Of a stretch of 64,000 bases of DNA, positions 19,897-30,192 are shown piece by piece. Numbering within the stretch: position 1 is the stretch's first letter; every line of letters begins with the position of its first letter. The stretch is from Microcoleus sp. (GTDB lineage: Bacteria; Cyanobacteriota; Cyanobacteriia; Cyanobacteriales; Microcoleaceae). The notes under the pieces were generated by a model that ran no database searches, was not told where the DNA came from, and was given only the letters and a program-made list of their open reading frames with translations. Made by a program: the position numbers and the translations under genes. Location: positions 3,424,001-3,488,000 of the forward strand of contig CP181291.1 in the NCBI GenBank assembly GCA_052279835.1, read 5' to 3'.

Positions 19897-22266
19897 ATGA
19901 CTCAAACTACCGACTTTCTGAGCACTCTCAACCCATCTCAACGTCAAGCAGTGGTGCACTATAACGGGCCAATGTTAGTAGTAGCCGGGGCCGGTTCTGG
20001 CAAAACGCGGGCGCTGACTTACCGAGTTGCTAATTTAATTCGCACCAATCGAGTCAATCCTGAAAATATTCTGGCGGTGACATTTACCAATAAAGCAGCC
20101 AGAGAGATGAAAGAAAGAATTGAGAAACTGCTAGCCACTCAACAAGCTGAAGCTGAATATGGCTTACCTTTGGAAGAGTTAGCACCGGATGTGCAAACTA
20201 GATTGCGATCGCAAATTTATCGTAATATTACCAAACACATTTGGATGGGAACTTTCCACTCTCTGTGCGGCCGGATTCTTCGCTATGACATTGAGAAATA
20301 TCAAGACGAAAAAGGCAGACAGTGGAAACGCAATTTTTCAATTTTTGACGAATCAGATGCTCAAACTTTGGTCAAACAAATTGTCACCAAAACCCTCAAC
20401 CTCGATGACAAGAAATTTGACCATCGCAAAGTACGATACGCGATTAGCAATGCTAAAAACAAAGGTTTGTCGCCCCAAGAATATCAGTTAGCAGAACCGG
20501 ATTATAGAGGTCGCGTAATTGCTGATGTTTACACTCGTTACCAAGATGCTTTAGCAGCCAACAATGCTTTAGATTTTGACGATTTAATCCTAGTTCCTGT
20601 GCAACTTTTGCGCCAAAATGAGCAAGTATTAAATTATTGGCATCAAAAGTTTTGTCATATTTTAGTTGATGAATACCAAGATACTAACCGGACTCAATCT
20701 GATTTAATTAAACTCTTAGTGACAAATAACTCAGACCCGAAACATTTCGAGAGATGGCAAAATCGTTCTATTTTTATAGTGGGTGATGTCGATCAATCAA
20801 TCTACAGTTTTCGCATGGCAGATTATACCATATTGCTGGAATTTCAAGAAGATTTTGGGGATGGTTTGTCTGACGCAAAAACTAAGACCATGGTAAAATT
20901 AGAAGAGAATTATCGATCGCGCTCGAATATCCTGGAAGTGGCAAATCACTTAATTCAAAACAATACCGAACGCATCGACAAAGTTTTGCGTGCCACTCGC
21001 GAACCAGGAGCTCCGATTACGATTTGGCGCGCTGACAATGAAATAGATGAAGCAGAATTTGTGGCTGGTCAAATTCAAACCTTGAAGCGTCAGAATTCTG
21101 AATTTGAACAAGGGAGTAATTTTGCGATTCTCTACCGCACCAACGCTCAATCCCGCTCCTTTGAAGAAGCATTAATGCGTTTAGATATTCCCTACAATAT
21201 TGTCGGCGGTTTGAAGTTTTACGATCGCAAGGAAATCAAAGACATCCTAGCATACCTGCGAACCCTTGCCAATCCTGACGACAGCGTGAGCCTCAAACGC
21301 ATCATTAATACTCCCCGCCGCGGCATTGGCGATACTACATTTGGGAAAATCGAAGATGCTGCAACTCAATTGGGCATTCCGCTGTGGGAAATCCTCAAGA
21401 ATGAGTCTGATGTGAATACCATCGCAGGGCGATCGGCAAAAGCTATGATTAAGTTTGCCACAATGATTTCCCATTGGCAATCACAAGTTGAAACCCTGCC
21501 TGCTTCGCAAATTGTCCAAGGAATTATCGAAGATTCTGGTTATATTGAAGACCTCAAAAATCAAGGAACTGAAGAAGCAGAAAATCGCATCGAAAACGTC
21601 CAAGAATTGTACAACGCGGTACTGCAATTTGAAGAACAAAACGAAGAAGCCACCCTCACAGCATTTTTGTCAAAAGTATCCTTAGCTTCAGATTTAGACG
21701 ACTTACAAGAAGAAGATTCCCGCGTGTCGCTGATGACGCTACACTCTGCCAAAGGGTTAGAATTTCCAGTAGTATTTCTAGTCGGAATGGAACAAGGTTT
21801 ATTTCCCAATTTCCGCAGTTTAGATGATCCCAGAGCCATAGAAGAAGAACGGCGTTTGTGTTATGTTGGGATCACTCGCGCTCGCGAACTGCTCTTTTTA
21901 ACTCACACTCGCGAACGCCGCCTGTGGGGAGGTTTCCGCGAACATTGTACTCCTTCGCTATTTTTAGGGGAATTGCCACTAGAGTTTATCGCTGGAAGTG
22001 CGGGGAAAACTAAGGCTGGAAAAACTGCTGCTTCCCCTGGTAAAACCAATAGTTCAGCATCGAATTCCCGGCGTTCTCAACCGAGTAAAAATCTACAATT
22101 GGTAGATTGGAAAGCGGGGGATCGAGTTGTTCATCCTGCTTTTGGGCTGGGAGAAATTACTCATGTTTTGGGGGATGGAGAGAAGGTTAATTTGGCTATT
22201 AAGTTTTCTGGTTTGGGTCGAAAAATTATCGATCCTAGGAATGCTAAGTTGCAGCGATTGGATTAG
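19897..22266 (+). CDS. pcrA: ATP-dependent DNA helicase PcrA/UvrD
   Basis: AGAGSGKT, TFTNKAA, VDEYQD, GDVDQSIY, MTLHSAKGLEF and EERRLCYVGITRA; Tudor-like C-terminus. Confidence 0.97.
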   Translation: MTQTTDFLSTLNPSQRQAVVHYNGPMLVVAGAGSGKTRALTYRVANLIRTNRVNPENILAVTFTNKAAREMKERIEKLLATQQAEAEYGLPLEELAPDVQTRLRSQIYRNITKHIWMGTFHSLCGRILRYDIEKYQDEKGRQWKRNFSIFDESDAQTLVKQIVTKTLNLDDKKFDHRKVRYAISNAKNKGLSPQEYQLAEPDYRGRVIADVYTRYQDALAANNALDFDDLILVPVQLLRQNEQVLNYWHQKFCHILVDEYQDTNRTQSDLIKLLVTNNSDPKHFERWQNRSIFIVGDVDQSIYSFRMADYTILLEFQEDFGDGLSDAKTKTMVKLEENYRSRSNILEVANHLIQNNTERIDKVLRATREPGAPITIWRADNEIDEAEFVAGQIQTLKRQNSEFEQGSNFAILYRTNAQSRSFEEALMRLDIPYNIVGGLKFYDRKEIKDILAYLRTLANPDDSVSLKRIINTPRRGIGDTTFGKIEDAATQLGIPLWEILKNESDVNTIAGRSAKAMIKFATMISHWQSQVETLPASQIVQGIIEDSGYIEDLKNQGTEEAENRIENVQELYNAVLQFEEQNEEATLTAFLSKVSLASDLDDLQEEDSRVSLMTLHSAKGLEFPVVFLVGMEQGLFPNFRSLDDPRAIEEERRLCYVGITRARELLFLTHTRERRLWGGFREHCTPSLFLGELPLEFIAGSAGKTKAGKTAASPGKTNSSASNSRRSQPSKNLQLVDWKAGDRVVHPAFGLGEITHVLGDGEKVNLAIKFSGLGRKIIDPRNAKLQRLD

Positions 22267-22350
22267 TTTTTGAGGATTTTTTTTAACCACAGAGGGCGCA
22301 GAGGGCGCAGAGGAAGAGCAGAGAGATGAATAATTCTGATTGAGATTTTC

Positions 22351-22914
22351 TCAGGGTGATAAAACTAATTGCCATTCTCCGGCTTTGGTGTTCCAAGCGG
22401 GGGAGGCTGTTTCTCCGGCGACGTAGGGCCCCCAGTAGCGGCGAGAGCCATCTTGAGCGAAGACAACCAGAATGTCTCCCTGTTTGATTTTGAGTTTTCT
22501 TTCGGGAAGCGAGAGCATCAGTCCTTTGCCGCCACCTTCTCCTGGTGCAAAGTCCCAGTGGGCGGGTTTGTTGTAGGATTTTTCGGAGTCTCCCTTGGCC
22601 AACAGGGCCACTCGCACGGGGTGTTCGCTGCGGTTACTGACGCGCAAAGTGCCTATGGCTTCGACGTTTGGAGGTATTGATGAGGCATTACTGATTTCTT
22701 CTGGTGGGTTCGGGGTTGATGTGGGCTTGGGTTTGGGTGGATTTACTATTTCTGGGGTGGCGGTGGTGCCTGGGGGGAGTACGGTGGCTGTCGGTGGTAA
22801 ATTGTTTGGTAGGGTGGAGTTGTTGGCGATGGTGATTTCAAAACGTCTTAAGAAGAGTGCTGTCATCAGGACGATCGACAATCCAGTTACTATCTGGTAA
22901 ATTTTAATTTTCAT
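22351..22914 (-). CDS. Hypothetical membrane-anchored protein (TM, P/T-rich linker, beta-rich domain)
   Basis: 187-aa ORF with a plausible domain layout, divergent from the DUF565 gene. Confidence 0.7.
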   Translation of the reverse strand: MKIKIYQIVTGLSIVLMTALFLRRFEITIANNSTLPNNLPPTATVLPPGTTATPEIVNPPKPKPTSTPNPPEEISNASSIPPNVEAIGTLRVSNRSEHPVRVALLAKGDSEKSYNKPAHWDFAPGEGGGKGLMLSLPERKLKIKQGDILVVFAQDGSRRYWGPYVAGETASPAWNTKAGEWQLVLSP

Positions 22915-22962
22915 AGATTTTAGGATTTAAAAATAGGTGGCACATAGTAATTACTGTTTTTT

Positions 22963-23295
22963 ATGCAGAATACCCGAATAAATAGATTTATTGATGTTCT
23001 CGCTCAGCAATTCGGACGCTGGGTGAGTAATCCTTGGCGACGAATTTCGCTGTTTGTCATTACTCTGCTATTCGGAAATTTTTTGGGAACAGCTATTTCT
23101 ACAATTGCGGGACAATCTGCTGATTGGGATATTGTCGCTGCTGCTTGGTTGGTTTTTTTGACTGAATTGGTTAACCGATTTGTTTATCGTGGCAATCAGC
23201 CCCAGGTGCGTTCTCTGTGGGTGGATTTGCTCAATGCTCTGAAAATTGGTGTGATTTACAATTTATTTGTGGAAGCTTTCAAGCTGGGTTCTTGA
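22963..23295 (+). CDS. ycf20: DUF565 / Ycf20 family protein
   Basis: MQNTRI..., NPWRR and C-terminal FVEAFKLGS. Confidence 0.9.
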   Translation: MQNTRINRFIDVLAQQFGRWVSNPWRRISLFVITLLFGNFLGTAISTIAGQSADWDIVAAAWLVFLTELVNRFVYRGNQPQVRSLWVDLLNALKIGVIYNLFVEAFKLGS

Positions 23296-23469
23296 GAAGG
23301 AATCAGTAACCCTCCACCTCCCCCTAGACCATCCAAGGGGGGAATGGGGTACATTCAGGAAGAAGGAAATAATATCGATGGTTTCAGAAATTAAAAATTT
23401 CCTAATTACCGAGAAGGTTGGGATATCATTTTTGATTTAAAAAGCTGTGAATTTTGAGAATAGATTGCT

Positions 23470-24558
23470 ATGACTTTAACGCTTGTGGAAATTTTAGAAG
23501 GATGGAGAGCTGGAAATTGCCCGATCCAACGTGATTTCGAGCAGTTAGCCCTGTGGGAACTTGCTGATGATTTGCGATCGCCTGCTTTTGGCATTACTCC
23601 CGAAAATGCGGCTGAGGTTGTTCGCCACAAAGCCGATTTATTCTTTTCTGTTATTAACTTATTACATACTTTTCCCGCAAAGTCAACTAATTTTCTCGAA
23701 AATTTGTGGGTTCTTTGGCTGCCGTTGGCTATGAAATTGTCGTCTGAAACACAAAGTTTAAAACGCCCTTTAATTCAAGGGATTTTGGGAGGGCAAGGAA
23801 CGGGTAAAACCACTTTATCTGAGGTTTTACGGCTGATTTTGGCGAAATTGGGCTATTCTACTGTCAGCCTTTCTTTGGATGACCTTTACAAGACTTATGC
23901 CGATCGCCTAAAACTCCAACAAGAAGACCCACGGTTGATTTGGCGGGGACCACCTGGAACTCACGATATTGAATTGGGCATTTCTGTTTTGGATGAGTTG
24001 CGTTCCAATCGGAAAGAAGAATTAGCATCAGTTAAAAATATCAAAATGCCCCGATTTGATAAGTCTGGTTGGGGGGGTGCAGGAGATAGAATGTCGCCTG
24101 AACATATTTCTGATGTGGATATTGTACTGTTTGAAGGCTGGTTTGTGGGTGTAGAGCCGGTGGATGAGCTACAGTTGAATGAGTTTTTGGAGGGTGCGCC
24201 TTTTCCAATTTGCACAGAGGGCGATCGACAGTTTGCTCGTGATATGAATGCTAAACTATCGGATTATGTACCGCTGTGGAATCGCTTGGATCGATTGATA
24301 GTTTTGTATCCCCAAGATTATCGTGTTTCTAAAATTTGGCGCAATCAAGCGGAACAGGAAATGATGGCGAGGGGGAAGTCGGGAATGACTGAGTTGGAAA
24401 TTAATCAGTTTGTGGAATATTTTTGGAAAGCGCTGCATCCAGAGTTATTTATTAAGTCCATAGTTGCTAGTGGGGCGAGAGTGGATTTGGCAATTGAACT
24501 TAAGTGCGATCGGACTATTCAGAAGATTTATAGCTCGAACTATAGAAGTTGTCAATAA
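23470..24558 (+). CDS. Plant-type D-glycerate 3-kinase (GLYK-like)
   Basis: GILGGQGTGKTT, SLSLDDLY, WRGPPGTHD, PRFDKS..G.GDR and LFEGWFVG. Confidence 0.85.
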   Translation: MTLTLVEILEGWRAGNCPIQRDFEQLALWELADDLRSPAFGITPENAAEVVRHKADLFFSVINLLHTFPAKSTNFLENLWVLWLPLAMKLSSETQSLKRPLIQGILGGQGTGKTTLSEVLRLILAKLGYSTVSLSLDDLYKTYADRLKLQQEDPRLIWRGPPGTHDIELGISVLDELRSNRKEELASVKNIKMPRFDKSGWGGAGDRMSPEHISDVDIVLFEGWFVGVEPVDELQLNEFLEGAPFPICTEGDRQFARDMNAKLSDYVPLWNRLDRLIVLYPQDYRVSKIWRNQAEQEMMARGKSGMTELEINQFVEYFWKALHPELFIKSIVASGARVDLAIELKCDRTIQKIYSSNYRSCQ

Positions 24559-24647
24559 TATCATCTCTCTCTTGTCTTCCTCTGCGCCCTCTGCGCTCTC
24601 TGTGGTAAAATCATCCATAGACAAACCTCAACCAAATAACATCCAAT

Positions 24648-25967
24648 CTAAAACTGGTTGATTTTCCCCATCGCCAATAATGCACTTCCATAAGCAGCAT
24701 CAGTATGAACCGGAGTTACCACAGGAACTTTCAAATAACGCTTTCTGATCTCACTCCAAACCTGATTTTTTGCCCCACCACCGGCACTATAAACCTTTGT
24801 CAAAGGAGTTGCACCAAACTGCTGCAATAATTCATATCCCCGCGCTTCAATCCGGGCTATACTTTCGAGCAAACCGTGCAAAAACTCCACATCATCAGCA
24901 GGACGAGGTTCTAATCTAGGGAGCAAATTTGGGTCATTATTGGGAAAACGATCGCCTTTTTTTAACAATGGATAATAATCCAGGAAACTCGGTCGATGGG
25001 GGTCAATTTGTTGGCTATAATTGTCCAATTCACTATCAGTAAAAAAGTGACGCAGCACAGCACCTCCGGTATTAGAAGCGCCTCCCACTAACCACAAATC
25101 CCCCCCAGCCCCCCCTTGTGAAGGGGAGGTGAAACGATGACTATAAATTCCGTAGGTGGCATCATCTACACGGGTATAACTTAACAGTTTGAGGGCTAAA
25201 GTTGAACCGAGAGAAGTTACTGCTTCCCCCGGAGAATTGACGCCGCTAGCTAAAAATGCTGCTATACTATCGGTTGTACCAGCACAAACGATACAGTCGC
25301 GGGGAAAGCCAAATCGATCGCCTATTTCTGCTGTCACAGGTCCGATCGCCGTTCCCGGTGCGACAACTTGGGGTAATATAGGGGCGATCGACCCAGAAAC
25401 ACCCGCAATTCCCTCTGTCAGCCAATGGGGATAGCACAAATTGGCAACATCGTAACCCAATTTCAGAGCATTGTGATAGTCGCTAATTCCCAATCTTCCG
25501 TGTAGCAAAAAGGCCAACCAATCCGCTTGATGCAGGAAAAATTGCTGTAGGGGCGGTGCCCCCGTGCCCGCCCCCTCTAACCACCACAGGAGTTTTGCCA
25601 GACTTGATGTGGCGTTTAATACTGTGTGATGGGCTGGTGCGATCGCCCGCAGTCGATCGAGTACCGCCACACCGCGTCCATCGTTGTATAAAATCGGTTC
25701 ATCTACGGGTATACCTTTGGTATCACATAGCATCACCGTGGAGGAAGTGCCATCAATGGCGATCGCCCGGATCTGACGGCGAATGGCTAAGGGAATTTGC
25801 TCGATTACCGCCCAGAGGGCATTCTCCCAGCGCGATGGCAATTCCGATGCTGGTTCCTCATGGTGAGTGAAATCATACTGACTCTCACTATGTATATTGC
25901 CACTGGAGTCGATCGCAGTCGATCGCACTCCTGTTGTACCAAAATCTATGCCTAAGTAAAAATCCAT
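24648..25967 (-). CDS. FGGY-family carbohydrate kinase (D-ribulose kinase-like) with two short in-frame repeat insertions
   Basis: GIDFGTTG, IDGTSST, GTTDSIAA, SLGSTL, GGASNTGG and AGGGAKN. Confidence 0.9.
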   Translation of the reverse strand: MDFYLGIDFGTTGVRSTAIDSSGNIHSESQYDFTHHEEPASELPSRWENALWAVIEQIPLAIRRQIRAIAIDGTSSTVMLCDTKGIPVDEPILYNDGRGVAVLDRLRAIAPAHHTVLNATSSLAKLLWWLEGAGTGAPPLQQFFLHQADWLAFLLHGRLGISDYHNALKLGYDVANLCYPHWLTEGIAGVSGSIAPILPQVVAPGTAIGPVTAEIGDRFGFPRDCIVCAGTTDSIAAFLASGVNSPGEAVTSLGSTLALKLLSYTRVDDATYGIYSHRFTSPSQGGAGGDLWLVGGASNTGGAVLRHFFTDSELDNYSQQIDPHRPSFLDYYPLLKKGDRFPNNDPNLLPRLEPRPADDVEFLHGLLESIARIEARGYELLQQFGATPLTKVYSAGGGAKNQVWSEIRKRYLKVPVVTPVHTDAAYGSALLAMGKINQF

Positions 25968-26099
25968 TAAGAATTATTTAACCACAGAGAGCGCAGAGAG
26001 CACAGAGAAAGAGAAAAGTGAGGTATGCGGATGATAACGAATTATCGATTACTAACCATACCTCATTTTTCTGATAATTCAAGTTTTAACTGTTGATTT

Positions 26100-27464
26100 C
26101 TACAGTGCACCCGCTGCGGTTTGGTCAAAAACACTACCACTCAAATGAGTTGTCACATTCATCGCCTGCAATACTGGCAAACCTTCTGGGCCGTGGGGAT
26201 AATCTATCACGCTAACCGCACCATTTCCCTGTTTGAACTTCCAGAAATGTTCTGGTCCTAAGCCGAACAAATGACAGAGAATCGCCTTGTTAATTGCATC
26301 ATGAGCAACCACAATCCCTGTACCCGAAACTGATTGTACTATATCTCGCCAACAGGCGATCGCTCTTTCCCAAACTTCTTGTAAATTTTCCCCTTCTGGC
26401 ATTTGCACATTTTCAGGAGATGTCTTCCATTCTTGCAGCAAACCTGGATAGGATGATTCTATTTCTGACTCAAATTTTCCTTCCCACAATCCGTGACTGA
26501 TTTCTCTTAACTCATCGCGGAGTTCTAACTTCAAGTCTGGGTGATATTGGAGGATAATTTCCGCTGTTTCCTTGGGGCGCAACATCGAACTGCTGATGGC
26601 AAAATCTAATTTTACATTCTTCAGGAATTCTGCCGCCTTGCCAGACTGTGCGCGACCATTATCATTGAGCGGTACATCTATTTGTCCTTGAAATTTACCT
26701 GCTCGGTTCCAGTCTGTTTCGCCGTGACGTACCAGCAATAAACGTGGCCCGCGATTTCCATCCCTAGGCTTGGGAAAAATTTCTCCTGTGTGAGCTGTTA
26801 AATTCAGGGATTCTAGTTGAACTGCAACTTTCTGTTGCTGCTCACCTTGCTCACTGGTGGAAACAGGAGAAGTTCCAAAATTGATAATGCTAATCCCGCA
26901 ATTTGACTGCTGAATAGATTGATAGTAAGCGGGAGCAATTTCCGATGCTGTGGCAATCAGAGCGCGGTTTATGCCATTGTGGGCTACTACTAGAATTGTG
27001 CCGGAACTATGCTTAGATAATAGTTCTTTCCAAAAATTCCGAGCGTTAGCAAAAATTGCCAATACGGGAAAGTGTTCGATTTCTGCTTCGTTTGATGGCA
27101 GTTTCATCGAAAATTTGTCTGGATGTTGCTGCCAAGATTTATAGGCTTCTGGAAATTGGTCGATCGCATCTTGACGTAGCATTCCTTCCCACAGAGGTAA
27201 ATCGATTTCCATCAATTGATCTGTTGGTTGGAGTTGTGGCGGATTTGTCAAGCGCGAAATGATAATTTCTGCTGTTTCTTTGGCTCGTTGCAGGGGGCTG
27301 CTGTAGGCGGCATCAAAGGTGATACTGCTGAGCGTTTCGCCTACTTGAAGGGCGGCGGTGCGCCCTGCTTCTGTCAAAATTGATTTATCCAAACGGCCTT
27401 GGATACGGCGTTCTTGATTGTAAGTGCTTTGGCCGTGACGGACTAAGATAACGCGAGTAGTCAT
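26100..27464 (-). CDS. Double-domain histidine phosphatase (phosphoserine phosphatase / CA1P phosphatase-like)
   Basis: Two RHG motifs (LVRHGQS, LVRHGET), each with its own downstream VVAH motif. Confidence 0.9.
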   Translation of the reverse strand: MTTRVILVRHGQSTYNQERRIQGRLDKSILTEAGRTAALQVGETLSSITFDAAYSSPLQRAKETAEIIISRLTNPPQLQPTDQLMEIDLPLWEGMLRQDAIDQFPEAYKSWQQHPDKFSMKLPSNEAEIEHFPVLAIFANARNFWKELLSKHSSGTILVVAHNGINRALIATASEIAPAYYQSIQQSNCGISIINFGTSPVSTSEQGEQQQKVAVQLESLNLTAHTGEIFPKPRDGNRGPRLLLVRHGETDWNRAGKFQGQIDVPLNDNGRAQSGKAAEFLKNVKLDFAISSSMLRPKETAEIILQYHPDLKLELRDELREISHGLWEGKFESEIESSYPGLLQEWKTSPENVQMPEGENLQEVWERAIACWRDIVQSVSGTGIVVAHDAINKAILCHLFGLGPEHFWKFKQGNGAVSVIDYPHGPEGLPVLQAMNVTTHLSGSVFDQTAAGAL

Positions 27465-27648
27465 TCGATTTTAGATTTTAGATTTTAGATTTTAGATTTA
27501 GCCTGGGCATAAATCTGGGGCTTAAAACGATTCAAAAGATGAGCCACTAAAAATTTTACCAGTTCCGGGGACACTCTCGCTAACAACCGCCTATGATTAA
27601 AGACGAAATAGACTTAGGCACGGATACGCGCCGGACGGAACAGGCATA

Positions 27649-29241
27649 ATGACACTAAAGCGGATATTTTTAGGTATTTTAACAGCGATCGCGATCGCCT
27701 TGGTTGGTTTGTCTTTACTTGCTAGCTGGAATGAGCCACAAATTCAAAGTCGGCTGGAACTCTATCAGACAAATTTACTGCTTCATGCTTCGGAGTGGCA
27801 GGGGGAAAATAATTCTAATTCTAATTTAAGTTCAGCTCGCAACACTATTATCGGTTCGGCTCCTTTAGATACGGCTTTAGCTCAGTATCAAGAGGCGCAA
27901 ACCTCGACTCAGAAAACTCTCAGCACAACTCAATCACAATTTAAACAAGTTGAAACTCCAAACCCCTCTTCAGATGTTACGGCAAAAAAAATAAAATTTG
28001 CTCAGAATAATGCTCTGGAAGACTCAATCAACAAGTTGTCAACCCTGGAAAGCGAACTTGACTTGCGGGTGGGAATTTTGCAGGCAAGTACGGGTAAAAT
28101 CAATCTCGCTATGAAAACTTGGCAAGATTTGATCGATAGATACAAGACTCAAACTAATGCTGACCCTTCCACTCAAGTTGCTCCGGTTTTAAAGGGAATT
28201 TGGAGCAATCCACCTCAACTTTTACCCGATGCTGAATCGAGCATTCAAAAGTCTTTAGATGGTTGGTTTCGCTATCGTACCCTGGCTCAACTTTATAAGT
28301 TACAGGAGCGTTCTCAAGACCTGGCATCGCTGCAATCTACGGAACAAATCATCGCTGAAGATTCTGTTGAAAAATTGGCGATTGTGATTGGGATTCCTGG
28401 GATCGGACTTTGTATAGGTACGCTGTTGTTGGCTGGTTTGACCGTGCAGTGGTTATTGCAAAGAAATCAGTTGCAACCAACTGGTTCTGGACCAATTTTG
28501 GCTCAAAATTCTAGCTTGAGTTGGGATGTTCCTTGGGATGGCGAGATTGTTTGGCAGGTCCTTGTGGTCGGCTTTTTCTTTGTGGGACAAATCTTGATCC
28601 CCTATTTTTTGCTGCCACTTTCTCTGTCGGTTCTCCACTTAAATCCTGCTAGTTTTGACCCGCGTAGTAAGGCTTTTTATATCTTTGCTACTTATCTATT
28701 ATTGTCGGCGGGGGGACTTTCTGTCTTGTATTTTTCGGTAAGGTCTTTTTTGCCTTTACCTGAAAGTTGGTTTCGGATTAATTGGCGGGGAAATTGGTTT
28801 TGGTGGGGTTTTGGTGGCTATTTTGTGGCTTTACCTTTGGTAGTTTTGGTGTCGCTGATCAATCAGCAGTTATGGCAGGGACAAGGTGGTAGTAATCCGA
28901 TTTTGCCGATCGTCCTTGAAGGTAAGGATAACCTGGCTTTGGCTGTGTTTTTTGCCACGGCGGCGATCGCGGCTCCGGTTTTTGAGGAAATTATGTTTCG
29001 GGGCTTTCTGTTGCCTTCTCTGACTCGCTATTTGCCTGTTTGGGGGGCGATCGCCACTTCTGCTTTGTTGTTTGCTGTGGCTCACTTGAGCGTGTCGGAA
29101 ATTCTGCCTTTGGCGACTTTGGGGGCGGTGTTGGGATTTGTGTACACGCGATCGCGCAATCTCCTTGCTCCCATGCTACTCCACAGTCTCTGGAATAGTG
29201 GCACTCTCCTGAGTCTGTTTCTTTTGGGCGGCGGCAGTTAA
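27649..29241 (+). CDS. CPBP (Abi/CAAX protease II) family intramembrane protease
   Basis: APVFEEIMFRG, FAVAH and MLLHSLWN motifs; multiple TM helices. Confidence 0.92.
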   Translation: MTLKRIFLGILTAIAIALVGLSLLASWNEPQIQSRLELYQTNLLLHASEWQGENNSNSNLSSARNTIIGSAPLDTALAQYQEAQTSTQKTLSTTQSQFKQVETPNPSSDVTAKKIKFAQNNALEDSINKLSTLESELDLRVGILQASTGKINLAMKTWQDLIDRYKTQTNADPSTQVAPVLKGIWSNPPQLLPDAESSIQKSLDGWFRYRTLAQLYKLQERSQDLASLQSTEQIIAEDSVEKLAIVIGIPGIGLCIGTLLLAGLTVQWLLQRNQLQPTGSGPILAQNSSLSWDVPWDGEIVWQVLVVGFFFVGQILIPYFLLPLSLSVLHLNPASFDPRSKAFYIFATYLLLSAGGLSVLYFSVRSFLPLPESWFRINWRGNWFWWGFGGYFVALPLVVLVSLINQQLWQGQGGSNPILPIVLEGKDNLALAVFFATAAIAAPVFEEIMFRGFLLPSLTRYLPVWGAIATSALLFAVAHLSVSEILPLATLGAVLGFVYTRSRNLLAPMLLHSLWNSGTLLSLFLLGGGS

Positions 29242-29468
29242 TTCGGGATTTTGTGAATAATTGTTAATTTCCTTTGCTTTTTTGGCGACTATCCTCAGTA
29301 CCCTAGGGTGCTGAGGGTGCAATTCCTCAAGCTCAGCGGAAAAAGTTGCGTTAACATTGGAGTTAGATCTTGGTCGGTGTTTTTTAGCTGGCGCGATCGT
29401 ACAGGACGCAACTTGACAATCTCGCCAATTTTTCTGTAGATCTTAAGTAAGAATATGGCTTTTACCCA

Positions 29469-29681
29469 ATGAGCAATTTTAATAGCCACAAGTTAGACGG
29501 AACGCGGAGTTGGATGCGTTTCTTACCCTACGCAGCCTTCGGTCTTTTATTATTTTCTCTGAATTCAGCAACCGAACTCAATTATTTCTGGAGAGGCTAC
29601 TTGGTGATTCTCGAAGCTCAAACAGGTATAGTTTTGCTGTATTTTGCGATGTCTAAGTTTCGTACATCTAAAAATAAATGA
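29469..29681 (+). CDS. Small hypothetical membrane protein
   Basis: 70-aa ORF with two hydrophobic segments, co-oriented with the downstream genes. Confidence 0.55.
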   Translation: MSNFNSHKLDGTRSWMRFLPYAAFGLLLFSLNSATELNYFWRGYLVILEAQTGIVLLYFAMSKFRTSKNK

Positions 29682-29749
29682 GTCAAGATTAGTAAGATTA
29701 CCCAGCCAGGTAGTTGCAGTGATACTTAAAAAATGGGGCAGACAAAAAA

Positions 29750-30097
29750 ATGGTTAAAGATAAAACAGTAGCAGTTTTGTTGGCTTTCTTTTTAGGAGGC
29801 TTTGGAGCCCACAAGTTTTATTTGGGAAATAATTTAGCCGGGGTATTATACTTGCTATTCTCTCTGACATTCATTCCCTCAGTAATCGCATTTTTTGATT
29901 TTCTCGGCTTGCTACTGATGTCGGAACCAGCTTTTCAAGCACAGTACAATCCAGGTATGTTGCAATCGGGCCGCTTCCTGCGATCGGCAACAGATGTCAC
30001 TGGGGCGATCGCCGATCTCAAAAAACTTTATGATATGGGTGCAATTACGGCAGAAGAATATGAAGAAAAACGACTCAAACTACTGCGAGATTTGTAA
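29750..30097 (+). CDS. TM2/NINE domain + SHOCT domain protein
   Basis: K.KTVAVLLAFFLGGFGAHKFYLG (TM2) and LKKLYDMGAITAEEYEEKR (SHOCT). Confidence 0.9.
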   Translation: MVKDKTVAVLLAFFLGGFGAHKFYLGNNLAGVLYLLFSLTFIPSVIAFFDFLGLLLMSEPAFQAQYNPGMLQSGRFLRSATDVTGAIADLKKLYDMGAITAEEYEEKRLKLLRDL

Positions 30098-30192
30098 TTA
30101 ATTATGAAGGAAGAAGGAAGCAGGAAACCCGCCCTTCAAAGAGTGGGATAAGAATGAGTGTAAAATAACAACTGTTTAAGGATAAAATTAAA

